From Ophelia neglecta (taxonomy: Eukaryota), in contig OZ260664.1 in assembly GCA_965285935.1 (NCBI GenBank), positions 85,994,001 through 86,058,000 of the forward strand: a DNA stretch of 64,000 nucleotides, in the 5' to 3' direction. The translations under genes and the position numbers were made by a program. Below the pieces are notes generated by a model that had not been told where the DNA came from, did not search any database, and worked only from the letters and a program-made list of their open reading frames with translations. Every line of letters starts with the position of its first letter. Positions within the stretch are counted from its first letter, which is position 1. This document shows positions 53,601-64,000 of the stretch, piece after piece.

Positions 53601-55128
53601 TTTGGGATTCAATTCAATGGATGCGGTATATGTTGCTAGTAAAATTCAGCAAGATTTCAACATCCACATTGATACCGATGGAAACTCTAGTATCGATAGT
53701 ATGACAACTGATTTGTGGTCTAAGTTTGAAGGTTTGCAGACAGAGTCAACTGATGCTAAACCGTTTGGGCCATTTGAACAGCGAATATTGCAACTTGTTC
53801 AGAACTCGACCATGTATCGCCGTCACATGTCAAGCTTCTTGACGTTAGAGATTACAAACTGTTTTTTGAGCCCAGACTCCTTGGTAGATATGATGAAGGG
53901 CATCATTGAAAAGCTACCACATTTGAGGACTTCCACCAGAATTAACCATGAAGGCCGAGTTACCTTGATCAGGAGAAGTGTAGACAGTATTAACGTTCAA
54001 GCTGCGAGCGTAACAACTATATCCTTGGCTAAGATGCGAAACCATCTTATTTTTCTTGCAAACGATCTCAACGTCTCGACGGAAACACCTTTTAAAGTCC
54101 AGGTTCATAACAGTTATGACAATCACCAGAGTATGTTCCTGGGAATGGTGTTTCACCGGGTTGTGGATGATTGCCACACAATTCACCAGATCTTGAGTTT
54201 ACTGATCAACGCCATGCAGCGCAAACCCCAACCTCTACCATTATACATGGTCAAGGAAGATGCTTATCGAATCCAGGAAATAGTTGCTGAAAGATATTCA
54301 GAAAACTTTTGGCGCCACGTCCTTCCAGATATGTATGAGATGGTTAAAATGCCGCAATGCTTTTTCCATTCATCTGATAATAGTGAGAAATTTGACGGTA
54401 GCATGTTCAAAGTGCTGCTTGATGGTCGCAGCCATGAAAGCGCGTTAGATGCCTCAATGACTGCAGAAGTCAGCTTGAATCAGTATGTGTTGGCTTTGTT
54501 CCAGCTGTACATTCATTTCTGTTCTGACGCAAAAGTTGTTATAGTTGAAATGACTATTGATATGCGTGAAATTTTACCTAAGGATTTCCGCGATTACTCC
54601 GGAAACTTGGACAACGAACTGCTTGTTGTTTCAACAATTGATCCCTCTATTAATTGTCAAACAAGACTATTGCAGGAACAGGTAATTGAACAGTGCAAAC
54701 ATATTCAAAAATGTGTCCAACATGGACTTTTCCCAACCCAATCAATGCTTGATATGATCAAATTTCCAGGCAGTAATTCAGGTAAATCGGTCCAATTCGC
54801 CTTTGAGTATCGCCAAGGCCACGAAACATGCGATGCAACTGAACTAATGGACATGGCTGTGAGAGTGGTGGAAATTATACCTTCCTCTTTTGGAAAACAA
54901 ACTCTGAAGTTGTATGTTGTTGAGAACAAGTCAGCTAAACAGCTTGAGCTTTATCTATTATCTGGCCCAGGCTATTTTTCAGAGTATGGTGTCAAAGCCT
55001 TTGCCACAGGTTTCCAGGCATTTTTAAATAACTGCTCGCTAAGTATGCAGCGTCCACTCAAAGAATTCAGTGTAGCTGTGGAGAAAGAACATGGAGGTGT
55101 TTTGACAGTGACAACTGACACCATTTAA
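41698..55128 (+). CDS. Type I iterative-type polyketide synthase copy B, KS-AT-DH-psiKR-degenerate ER-KR-ACP-C (intact, 2556 aa)
   Basis: Exons 41698-41906, 44308-44468, 45931-46134, 47049-47230, 47343-47517, 48389-55128; total 7671 nt, open. KS triad: DTACS, EAHGTGT, KTNIGHTE. AT: GLSVG (49306-49320), conserved Arg and IAFHS. DH: HRRTGKPLVP (50251-50280) and HPAILDSCFQ. KR: GANKGQG, VLAD, GQTAYGAAN. ACP: GFNS (53605-53616). C-like tail: HLRTS, FHRVVDD (54151-54171), FWR, GNLDNEL, HGLFP. Confidence 0.95.
43675..44150. repeat. 37-bp minisatellite, about 12-13 diverged units, in the first coding-region intron of PKS-B
   Basis: A unit like CTATAGCCTATGGTACTATAACGCGTTTATTCCTGAC repeats head-to-tail with no unique spacers. 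Confidence 0.92.
53760..55100 (+). other. C-terminal condensation-like domain of PKS-B (counterpart in PKS-A at about 22975-24290)
   Basis: About 440 aa after the ACP, with ordered NRPS C-domain-like motifs: KLPHLRTS (cf. RHxxLRT), PFKVQV (cf. PLFR), FHRVVDD (cf. HHxxxDG), FWR, ALFQLYIH, IDMR...GNLDNEL (cf. R...GxFvN), HGLFP (cf. HQxxP). No GxSxG thioesterase motif seen. Confidence 0.8.
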
Positions 55129-55144
55129 TTTACTACACGATGGC

Positions 55145-55150
55145 AATAAA
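55145..55150 (+). promoter_or_regulatory. Candidate polyadenylation signal for PKS-B
   Basis: AATAAA 17 nt after the stop codon, with another at about 55338. The AT-rich context makes this weak evidence. Confidence 0.3.
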
Positions 55151-58100
55151 GCCTAAGAAAAAGTTTAGTTTGAGTAATACATTATATTCCATTAAAGGAA
55201 CTTTGTTTGGTATATGTTTATTTAAGCAAAGCAATTATGATAGATACATTAGGCATTGAATACAGTTCAAGGCAAACGTGCTTGTGTTCCAACACGCTTT
55301 GTGTTTAACAGTTTAAATTATAATCTAGAGAACTTAAAATAAAGTTTTTACGGTTCAACCCATGACACACATCGGATCATGATACTGTGGTGCTAAGATC
55401 CTGCATTTCAATGCCCAGCATATTTGTATGGATAGAATAACTGACCAAGGACGCTAAAAATGGCTGGATGTGTTCTGCGCGCCGCCCTCGCATTTACTTA
55501 TATAAACCTATAATAATATAATTGATTATCGTGTTTGCTAATATGAGAGTTTGCACGTGGGAATAACAATCATTTTTATTTACTTTATTTAGAGTCTTTT
55601 TTACACTATTTATTCCTTTCTTTTGACTCCTTTATATATTTTACAATCTAATGCTATATAATAAATAGAAAAAGTCAACCTATTGTAACAATGGAAAATG
55701 GCATTAAAGTCAAGAGTGTTGACTTTTTGGTGTTTATGTTTTTTGATGAAGTGTATGGCTTTAACATCATTACCTCATACACTTTAACAGTTTGTATCGG
55801 GAATAATTTTCTCCCTTCAGCACAATTTTTCCAGTAAACATTATAATTGTATCATTTATTTTGTATATTATTCTTGATAAATATTACAAAAAATCTTGTT
55901 AAACCAAATATGTCACATTTTTGTTCCTTATCTCGATGTTGTATTCGTGTATAATGGTATTAGCCTCAACATAGCAGTATCTTCAGCAAAACGTTCATAA
56001 ACCATTTTGCATTTTTTCTGCACATCATGTCTTATTATATTATACCTATCAACATTAAAGTAGAGCTATTTTGCTAATTTGAATAGCATGCTATGGAAAA
56101 AGAAAGCCGAATAAATGTCGATATTTGTATAACCACAGAAGTGGTACATTTATATCTGAATATTAGTTATTAGTCTTACAAGGCATGCTCTCGACGAAAC
56201 AAATGAACCATAAGCTCATACAGCGCCATCTATGTTATGCTCTATCAATGTTAAATCGACAATATTGTATATTGTTGTCTTATTGATCAATAAAATGATA
56301 TTTAACCCTTATTTTGTCTTTTCCTTATCTTATGATGACTAAAATCGCCATTATATTACTAGGTTGAATAAAACGCATATTTTGAAAGGTGTTTTCTGAA
56401 ATATATCTGAGAACATAAAGCCAGAATTATGGATTTTCACATTTGATATCGAAAGTGTAACCTAGAGTAGTTCATGGCTCCATGAATTTCATAGGTTGCG
56501 AAACTATTTTTCGGTCGCTGCCAAAGTATAAGTTGTAAACGGTATAGAGTTATGAGAGGTTCCAAATGAAAATGCCCGTGAATTAAAGTCATAATTGGAA
56601 CCTTAACGAATGTTTTCTTCTGTGATGCTGATATTTTTATAGTTTGTAAAATGGGGATGAAATACCGCCAGACACTCAAAATTCAGTTATCCAAACTTGT
56701 TTTTTAAAATTGGTCAAAAGTTAGGGAAACCGTCACCAGCAGACCAACAAGTTTTCTGTGGTTCATAATTGATTCCCAGATTTGTGATATTCAATACGAT
56801 TGTGACGATAAGATTAAATAAAAGTAAAGAAACATAAAACTGTTTACTTGAATCGTTAAATAAAGTTTCCCATGACTATAATTTATTTACCAATGGGTGA
56901 GCACCTCGTACAGAGCTGCATTTAAACACTACTTGAACCCTTTCGATTAAAGGTGTTTAATGTTTTAATGTCTTGGTAACATTCGGCTCTTGCTTCACCT
57001 TATCCGTAATTCCGGAATTAATTTTAAAAAAGTGCCTGAATAGTACACTGGGTCAGTAATATATCTATGTTAAGGAGCGGGAAGGTAATCAATGGCGTCA
57101 CAATGCTATATGACATCAGTGGTATTTTTGAACTCTGTAAGCTGGAATAGATATTTAATAATAATCCTATATCAATAAACCGCTTCAATAAAACGTTCAA
57201 TAAGTAAAATTTTCCTTTTTAAATGACCACTGAAACTTTTATTTCACAAATTCACAATGCACATGACCGTACCGAATTCCCATCGCCGAATCCACCCTTC
57301 CTTTCTATGTACCACCTTCGAATGAAATAATTCAATCTTTGCATAAATATGTTCAATTAAAAGCATTCTTACAGAAGTGAAAGTCCAATTGTTAGGTGTG
57401 AGCAATCATCGGACTGGCAGACGTACTGGAAATTAATAGGGCAGAGGCTTCTTCTGCCATGAATGAGGTGGACGGTTAGAATTTGCTAACTAATCAGGCC
57501 AGAGGTGTGTTTCGTACATACATCTCGGGCCCCTCTACAGTATCACTTGGGTTAGGCTCACCTTGCACCCACCCCTCTCCCCTCTACCCAAGATCCTTCC
57601 ATGAGGGTAATTTTGGGCCTATAGTGTATGCTGTACAGTTAATTGCCTGTCAACTTACAAAGCTGCTTCTATTAAACTATTAATATTTTTGTACTTTTTC
57701 TCTTTATTTTCTTGTTGAAATCTCCTTTTTGGAGGAATAAAAGACAATAAACAAACAAACAAGAAAAAAATGTAAAAATTGATTTTTTTTTACTTTGGAC
57801 CTGCTTTTTTCACTCAAAACACAAGGGAGCCCCTAAGTTTCGCTGTGGACACCGAAATGAGACATTTGTAGATTATGGCAATTTTGCAGCTACTACTACT
57901 TTGCCCAAATTCAATATAAATTTTATTTTACACAAAGAAAAAATATATTGTTTTGTTGCAATTTTATCGATCTGATTATTAAAGAAAAGGAGTCGTTTTG
58001 AGTCTTTGGGCCTATTTTTCCGGAATGATGCTCAATTTATCATTCTGAAATACAGCCGATATTATTATACTCTGATAATAAAAGTACAATTTTAGCCATG

Positions 58101-59099
58101 TTTCAGGTGACGATTGGTAAAATCTCTGCTGCTGTACTATTTTCCTTTTATTAGGTGCAAAACTAATCTGGATTACAGAATTATGTGTTCCAATAGGACC
58201 TACTATATCTCGGGATGGAACACATGCTGACTCTACGCTTGGAAGAAATATGGCGAAAAGTGGTATAATTAATCAAGCAACAATAAAGCCAAGGGCAACG
58301 ATTTAAACCCGCCTGCCGCTCTTCTCCTCCTTCCTCCCGCACTCTTTACTCGACAAATAAGTCCACGCCCTACCCCCGGGTACATACCAGCATCTCATTA
58401 AAATGACCTCGCAAAAAACAGTTATCATAGCTCATTTTGAATCATTTGAACCATTTGCTGCCTATATCTCTGTTTTCACTGTGTAACTTTATGTCGCCGA
58501 TCATAATTCCACTCTGATAGCCTTGAAATAAATCCTCTCCAAGTAATGCTCTCTTTGGCCCATAGCTAAAGAGAGTAACCCATGGAAAGGAGGGTTCACT
58601 TCAAGGCTCTCAAATTCAAATTATGATTCGTGGATTCTAATCAACTTTTACATCACATTCAGTGAAAGGAAGCAATACTACTAAGGCCAATAAATTAATC
58701 TTACTGTGTTTCGCAAATTTTGAATCATCACATGTCAATGTAAAAACGCTATATCAGAGATTTCGTCCATGAAAACAATAGTAGAATCACTTTTCACTTT
58801 TCATGTGTATACTGTGTACAACCCTAACTATATGAAGGGCACTACAGACAGTGTGTCAAACATTATGAATATACAGTATGAGTTAGATCAATGGCTAGGG
58901 CTTAATAAGGGTCTTAATAATCCCCGTTTTAATTGACAAGGTGGCCGATTCTTCAGCGAGGTGCGCGACAGTGTTAGAATTGAGTAGTTTGTAGTAGTCC
59001 GCCTATTTACACACACTATGTAAAGCGAAATTAGCAGCTCCGTTCATCGTCATCGGCCGTGGTCTGGTATTCATCTCGTGGCACCGTGTTCATCGTTGT

Positions 59100-60860
59100 C
59101 ACTTCGGCTTTTTTTCTACAATGTATAAATTAGCATAACATGGTGTCAGATTGTGGATAAAAACTTGTTCGAAAGAGACAGCAAAACATGGAGATTTAAA
59201 AGGAACTGGAGCAGATTAGTTTCAAAAAAATAATTCAAAAAAATGGAAAAAAAAGATATAGGATGACTGTACCAGAGGGCATCTGGGCTGAAAGCAAGTG
59301 TACAAGAAAAATTATTGCTGAACGAGATAGTGGAAGAAGCCACTAAACAAATTGGATCCTTCACATTGGCAGAAGCAAGGAACAATGAAAGTATGAGGCA
59401 GTTGTAAAGAAATTCACAGAATATTGTACAAGCAAAAGGAATGTAGCACTAGAACTTTCAACTTTAATAAAATAAACCAGGAAACCGATGAATATTGTGA
59501 TCATTTTGTGTCTAAAAAGAATACCAAACAGCCAAATGTGAATTTGAGAATTAAAAGATTCTCTGATGCTATAGTTTTCTACTACGAAAAGTCAGGGACG
59601 AGCCTACCAGAAAAAAGATTGCTACGCATAGCAGGTGGAAAAGACTTGACGTTTGACAATAGGCTGAAAATAACAAAAGCAGCGGAAGTTACAATATATC
59701 AATTAAAGCCCCTCAAGGAGAAGAAATAAAAAGGCACAATTCCAGTACCCCTCCCGCAACATCTCAATAGCATGTAGATTAAGGACTAATTACATGAAGT
59801 CGGGAGGTCATAAAGTATAAAAAGACACAAATGTGGCAGGTGAGGAACAGAACACGCCTCTGGCAACTGTCCGGTATACGGAAAAAGAAGTGTGCACTAT
59901 CCTGGTCAATGGTGTAATCATAAAAATGAAACTGAACATAAGTTTGAAGAGAGTCATACTACCAACAATCCATGAAACTCTCAGAGGATACACTGGAGAT
60001 AAAATTGTACTACTAGGGAAATGTGTCTTATCACGTAGCTACGAAGGAAAAAAGACAAAGTCACTGTTCTATGTATGTAAAGGAGCGTCGATAAGACTAC
60101 TGGGTAGATATCCTTGTATATACTATTACTGTTTTAGATGAAAATTATTGTTAGCAATTAAAGCGTCAGCTGAGCAATAGAATGAAATACACATGGACTG
60201 GGAACAATTAATACAAAATATAATCATATCTTTAAAGTATAAGTTGAACTACAAGAAGAGCATCATATATAAATTGATCTAAATATAACCCAAGTAAGGC
60301 ATGCATGTAGGGAAATTCCATTCCCCCAGCAAAAAAATCCACAAATTAAATAGACAGAATGGAACACACGGGAGTTATAGACAAAAGTAAACTCATAGCC
60401 TCGGGTTCACAGCGATTGTAGAAAAACCTGATGGAACGCTAAGAGTATGTCAAGTCCCAAGGGTCTTAAATCCTGCTATCAAGACCCTTAATCAAGTTGC
60501 TAGTAGAGAGAAAGTCATGGCAACAACCGCTGATGCTAAAGTTTTCACGAAACTAGATGCCTCTTGGAATTTTGGGCAAATGAAGCTGAATGAGTAGACC
60601 AGTTATTTAACATTTAACACCCCTTTTGGAAGATATCGGTACAAACGCCTACCATGCCGAATAAAATCAGCCCTGGAAGTTTGCCAAAAGACAATCAACC
60701 AAATGCTTGATGACATGCCCAAAGCCGACACATCAATGGATGACATTGTAATACATGCTAAAAACCATGAAGTGCATTATAGGGCAGTATAAGAAGTGGT
60801 GAATAGTACTAGATATATCAGCTAAAACTTAATCTAGATAAATGTCAATTTGAGCAGATC
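59100..60860 (+). mobile_element. Decayed Ty3/Gypsy LTR retrotransposon (gag-like, protease and RT remnants)
   Basis: Protease-region remnant LRGYTGDKIVLLGKC...LLGR (59833-60141). RT motifs IVEKPDGTLRVC, FTKLDAS (60544-60564), TFNTPFGRYRYKRLP, SMDDIVI (60733-60753) and LKLNLDKCQF. Multiple stops and frameshifts; LTRs not identified. Confidence 0.85.
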
Positions 60861-63800
60861 ACTTTATCAAATACACGCTGTTGATGTGCCTAAAAAGCCG
60901 CTTTATCAAGTTTTTACTTTCTCACGTCAATAGCAAAGGCGAAGCTTCATACTGTGCAGTCTGATTGTAAAGTTTATTCAGTCTATTTTAATGGTACAAT
61001 ACTATACAATTGGACCGATTTAGGGCGTCAAATTTGACTTTCTTCTTTGAGAAGTGAGACTTTATATTATCCTTCCCAGATGCAGAGATTTGAATAATAA
61101 AGTCTCATTGTAATAGTAGGAGGTAGCGTATGATGCACGTTTCCATAAACATTACATTGATGAATAATACAGCAATGTTGGGACGGTCTAAGATAATTGG
61201 TATATTCCGAGTGGTTTAACTCTAGAAGTGTACTTATCTATCAAATTTTAGTAAAAATACTGTCGCTATAATGGTCGGTTCGAAAAGTAGAGTGGTACAT
61301 CAGTCAGCTTCGGTAGTGTTTCCGACGGGAGATGAATAAAGTCACAATTCAACTTTCAAGTTTTATTTCAGGACTGCAATTTGGCAGACGTGACATGAGT
61401 CAGCCAATAAAATTCTGGGTTTGTCAATCAGTGGCATAAGTTGCGCCAGCAAGTCTGAAGGCTAGAGGCGGCTGCTCCTGTCAGTGTACCGCTTCTAAGT
61501 CTCTTAATATACTGGCATATCTAAAGGCTATCTTAATATTGTCACATGATACAACATAAGGTCAGTGTAGTTTTGTTGCCCCTGTGAATAGTAGTCTCCT
61601 ATGAATTCATGATATAGAAGCAAATTTAGAATCACAATGTCTTTCTTATGGTATGTGACCCTAAAAAAATATCTTGATCAAGTTATTAATAGAACGGCAT
61701 TTATTCAAGGTATTTTAATAGATTATTTCTTATGGAAATATAATCATCTGCGGAGAAATGTTCATTTGATCTTACTGACCGTAATCTAGTTATTTTTGTT
61801 TTTGTTTCCTTTTTATTTATTTTTTTTCTCAATTTTTTTGGGGGGTGTAACATGACAGCTTAATTAAGAAGTGGATGCGATATCGTTTTGGCGTGGAATA
61901 GTTTGATTTTCCTGTAGGTTTTTCATGTGTTAATAAACTCGGTATGGTACACGATAAGTTAATTCTGACACTCTCAGGATTAGGCGATTGGGTATGACTC
62001 TAGAACAGCCATTCTCACTTTTTATTTTTGTTTTTAAAGCACAAATAAAGTCCCAAAAATTATTTCTTCATACTATTGGTATTACATCTGCCAGAAATGA
62101 TTCTTACCCCACCATGAAATAGGAGTTTTCTACCTTCCAGGTAAACCGTATCTTCGGTTCCTCACCACCAACGATATACTACCAACGACGCCACTGACAC
62201 AGCAAACAAAATTAACATTATTTGCGTAAATGTTTTAATTTTAACTCGTGATTAGCATGAAGATTCTTGCCCATACACATGCATTAATATTATACATAAT
62301 ATTGTTAGCAAACAAAAGAAATTAAACACACCTGGTTCAGGTGCTTTGTTCTACCATCATCATATTTCTTGCAATACTATCATATCAAATGTATTTGTAT
62401 TATTATCGATTGTGCATCATTTTGATAAACATGTGACTATTAGTATATTTTGTTGTAAATAGTAGGCTATGTCACAAATATTGTGTTACAATGGGTCTTT
62501 CATTTTCTTTAATCACCATTTTTTGGACTACTATATTAAGTATACTTATTATTGTCTTAACATGTCGCATCATATCGCTCCCTGCCTACTTGCCAGTTTC
62601 CTGTGTGTTTTGGACTTAGTGACATAGCAGATAAATCGCACCTAATATCAGTTAAGTATAAGTATGGTAACTCCCTCATCCCATGCCATCATCTAACTTT
62701 TTATCCCACGCATATTTGTAAAAATTGTCTCAATGATTTATTTGAAAATTACCTCTTTTAAACCCTGGCTTCTGTAAAATCCACATTATGTAAATAAATA
62801 TGTTAAAACAAAATTCAACGAAGTAAAGATAAGTCTAGAAGCATCACCAAATTAATAAATATCAGATGGATGCGAGTAACCGCCTGCAAACTTATAAACA
62901 AAACCTCTCAGTAAAAAAATGTTATGACTCCCCCTGTCAGGGCATCCCCAAGTTCACAGCAAAATTAAATTTGATATCAAAATATAGAAGAAATTATTTA
63001 GAATAATCTTTTGATTTTCTTATTCAGATAGGTGGAAGTGGAATTGATTATGTAGGATAAACAGAGGACAAAATGGCTGGTACAGAAAGAGTACGTTATC
63101 AATTTAATTTGTCAATGGCGCTAAAATACAATATATTATATGGCCTATAACACTGAAATATATACTGTATATCAATATCGTATTCAGCATTACCTTCACT
63201 TATTTAAACACACTGTTTTCAAGCTCAGGTGATAGATTAGTGTACTAGGCTCACTGCACTCTATCAATCTTCCTTATCACACTAAAAATAGTTTTGGTGC
63301 ATGTAAGCAGATATACTACTGTATGGAAGCCTTGGTAGGCCTGACCGTGACATGTAGATAAAATTACCCATATGGATATTTATATAAAGCATGATTTTGT
63401 TGCGGTACTACTTCATCTGCATCATTTAAATGCACAAACTATGTTCACTACATTGAGAATGTCATGAACGGTTCATGGCACAAAAGTGTCACGTGTGCGA
63501 AAAAATTTATGTTGAAGTGTTCCGCGTCAGGAAGGTTTGGGTATCGTATTCTATGGCCCACGGCACCTTATCAGGATAAACCACTTATGTGTTGAGCAAG
63601 CAATACAGATGGGTGTTCTGTATAAAATGTCAAGAACTTGTTTATGTTACCCAGTATGTCAACATTGTATTAATGTCCTAGACGTAAAAGCCCGTGTACA
63701 AACACCAAGTCGTGATTCGAATTCAAGCACAACCTTTGCGGTATCTGAAAAGGGAATGTGCTTCAAATCTTTTTCATTCATACTTGCCATGATTTTACAT

Positions 63801-64000
63801 GCAAAAAAAGTAATGATTTTATTTTAGTTATGCTGCCCAAAAATTGTTAACTGTACTTCATTGCATACGAGCTCTCATATTTTAACTTATGATTATTATA
63901 CTGCCCTATCGCCACATTCGATTTGCTTATGGCAAACTCTTTTATAAAACATGGTTTCAACTAATTCTAAATACTCCAAATTAAACACACGATCCAAAGA

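Noticed and set aside
17546-54929. Antisense ORFs overlapping PKS exons (e.g. 48991-49647, 218 aa)
   Set aside because: These are shadow ORFs of the coding strand with no recognisable motifs.
41698-55128. Bacterial or fungal contaminant, or symbiont PKS
   Set aside because: It has long GT-AG introns, an adjacent intron-rich ABCG2-like gene and animal-type LINE and Gypsy remnants.
41698-55128. Ordinary fatty acid synthase (FASN)
   Set aside because: No functional ER motif, no TE, no pseudo-MT, a terminal C-like domain, and a PKS-type KS N-terminus (AIVGVACRFPGG).
244-55128. Cassettes A and B as an uncollapsed haplotype artefact
   Set aside because: Introns differ in length and do not align, and the proteins differ at many positions, far beyond allelic variation.
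55200-64000. A third ABCG/PKS cassette or tailoring genes to the right
   Set aside because: I found no exons resembling the ABCG terminal exon or any enzyme, only the Gypsy remnant and short AT-rich ORFs. Small exons of an unrelated gene cannot be excluded.

Overview
AT-rich, intron-containing animal (probably invertebrate) genomic DNA. It holds two tandem copies of one two-gene cassette: an ABCG2-type half ABC transporter on the - strand, head-to-head with a single-module type I polyketide synthase (PKS) on the + strand. Order: ABCG-A (244-8793, -), PKS-A (13975-24305, +), ABCG-B (26122-37251, -), PKS-B (41698-55128, +). I assembled the exons by hand from splice sites and phases. Cassette B looks intact: ABCG-B has 17 coding exons (645 aa) and PKS-B has 6 coding exons (2556 aa). 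Cassette A carries lesions in both genes: two in-frame TAA stops in PKS-A and a frameshift in the first coding exon of ABCG-A. The PKS architecture is KS-AT-DH-psiKR-degenerate ER-KR-ACP plus a terminal NRPS-type condensation-like (C) domain. It has no methyltransferase and no thioesterase, and shows non-canonical AT (GLSVG), ACP (GFNS) and C (FHxVVDD) motifs. My main inference is a compact animal biosynthetic gene cluster (polyene-type synthase plus a dedicated exporter) that duplicated and is decaying as a unit. The rest is introns and intergenic DNA with degenerate LINE fragments, MITEs, a 37-bp minisatellite and a decayed Gypsy element at about 59.1-60.9 kb. I could not assign any gene in 55.2-59 kb or 61-64 kb.
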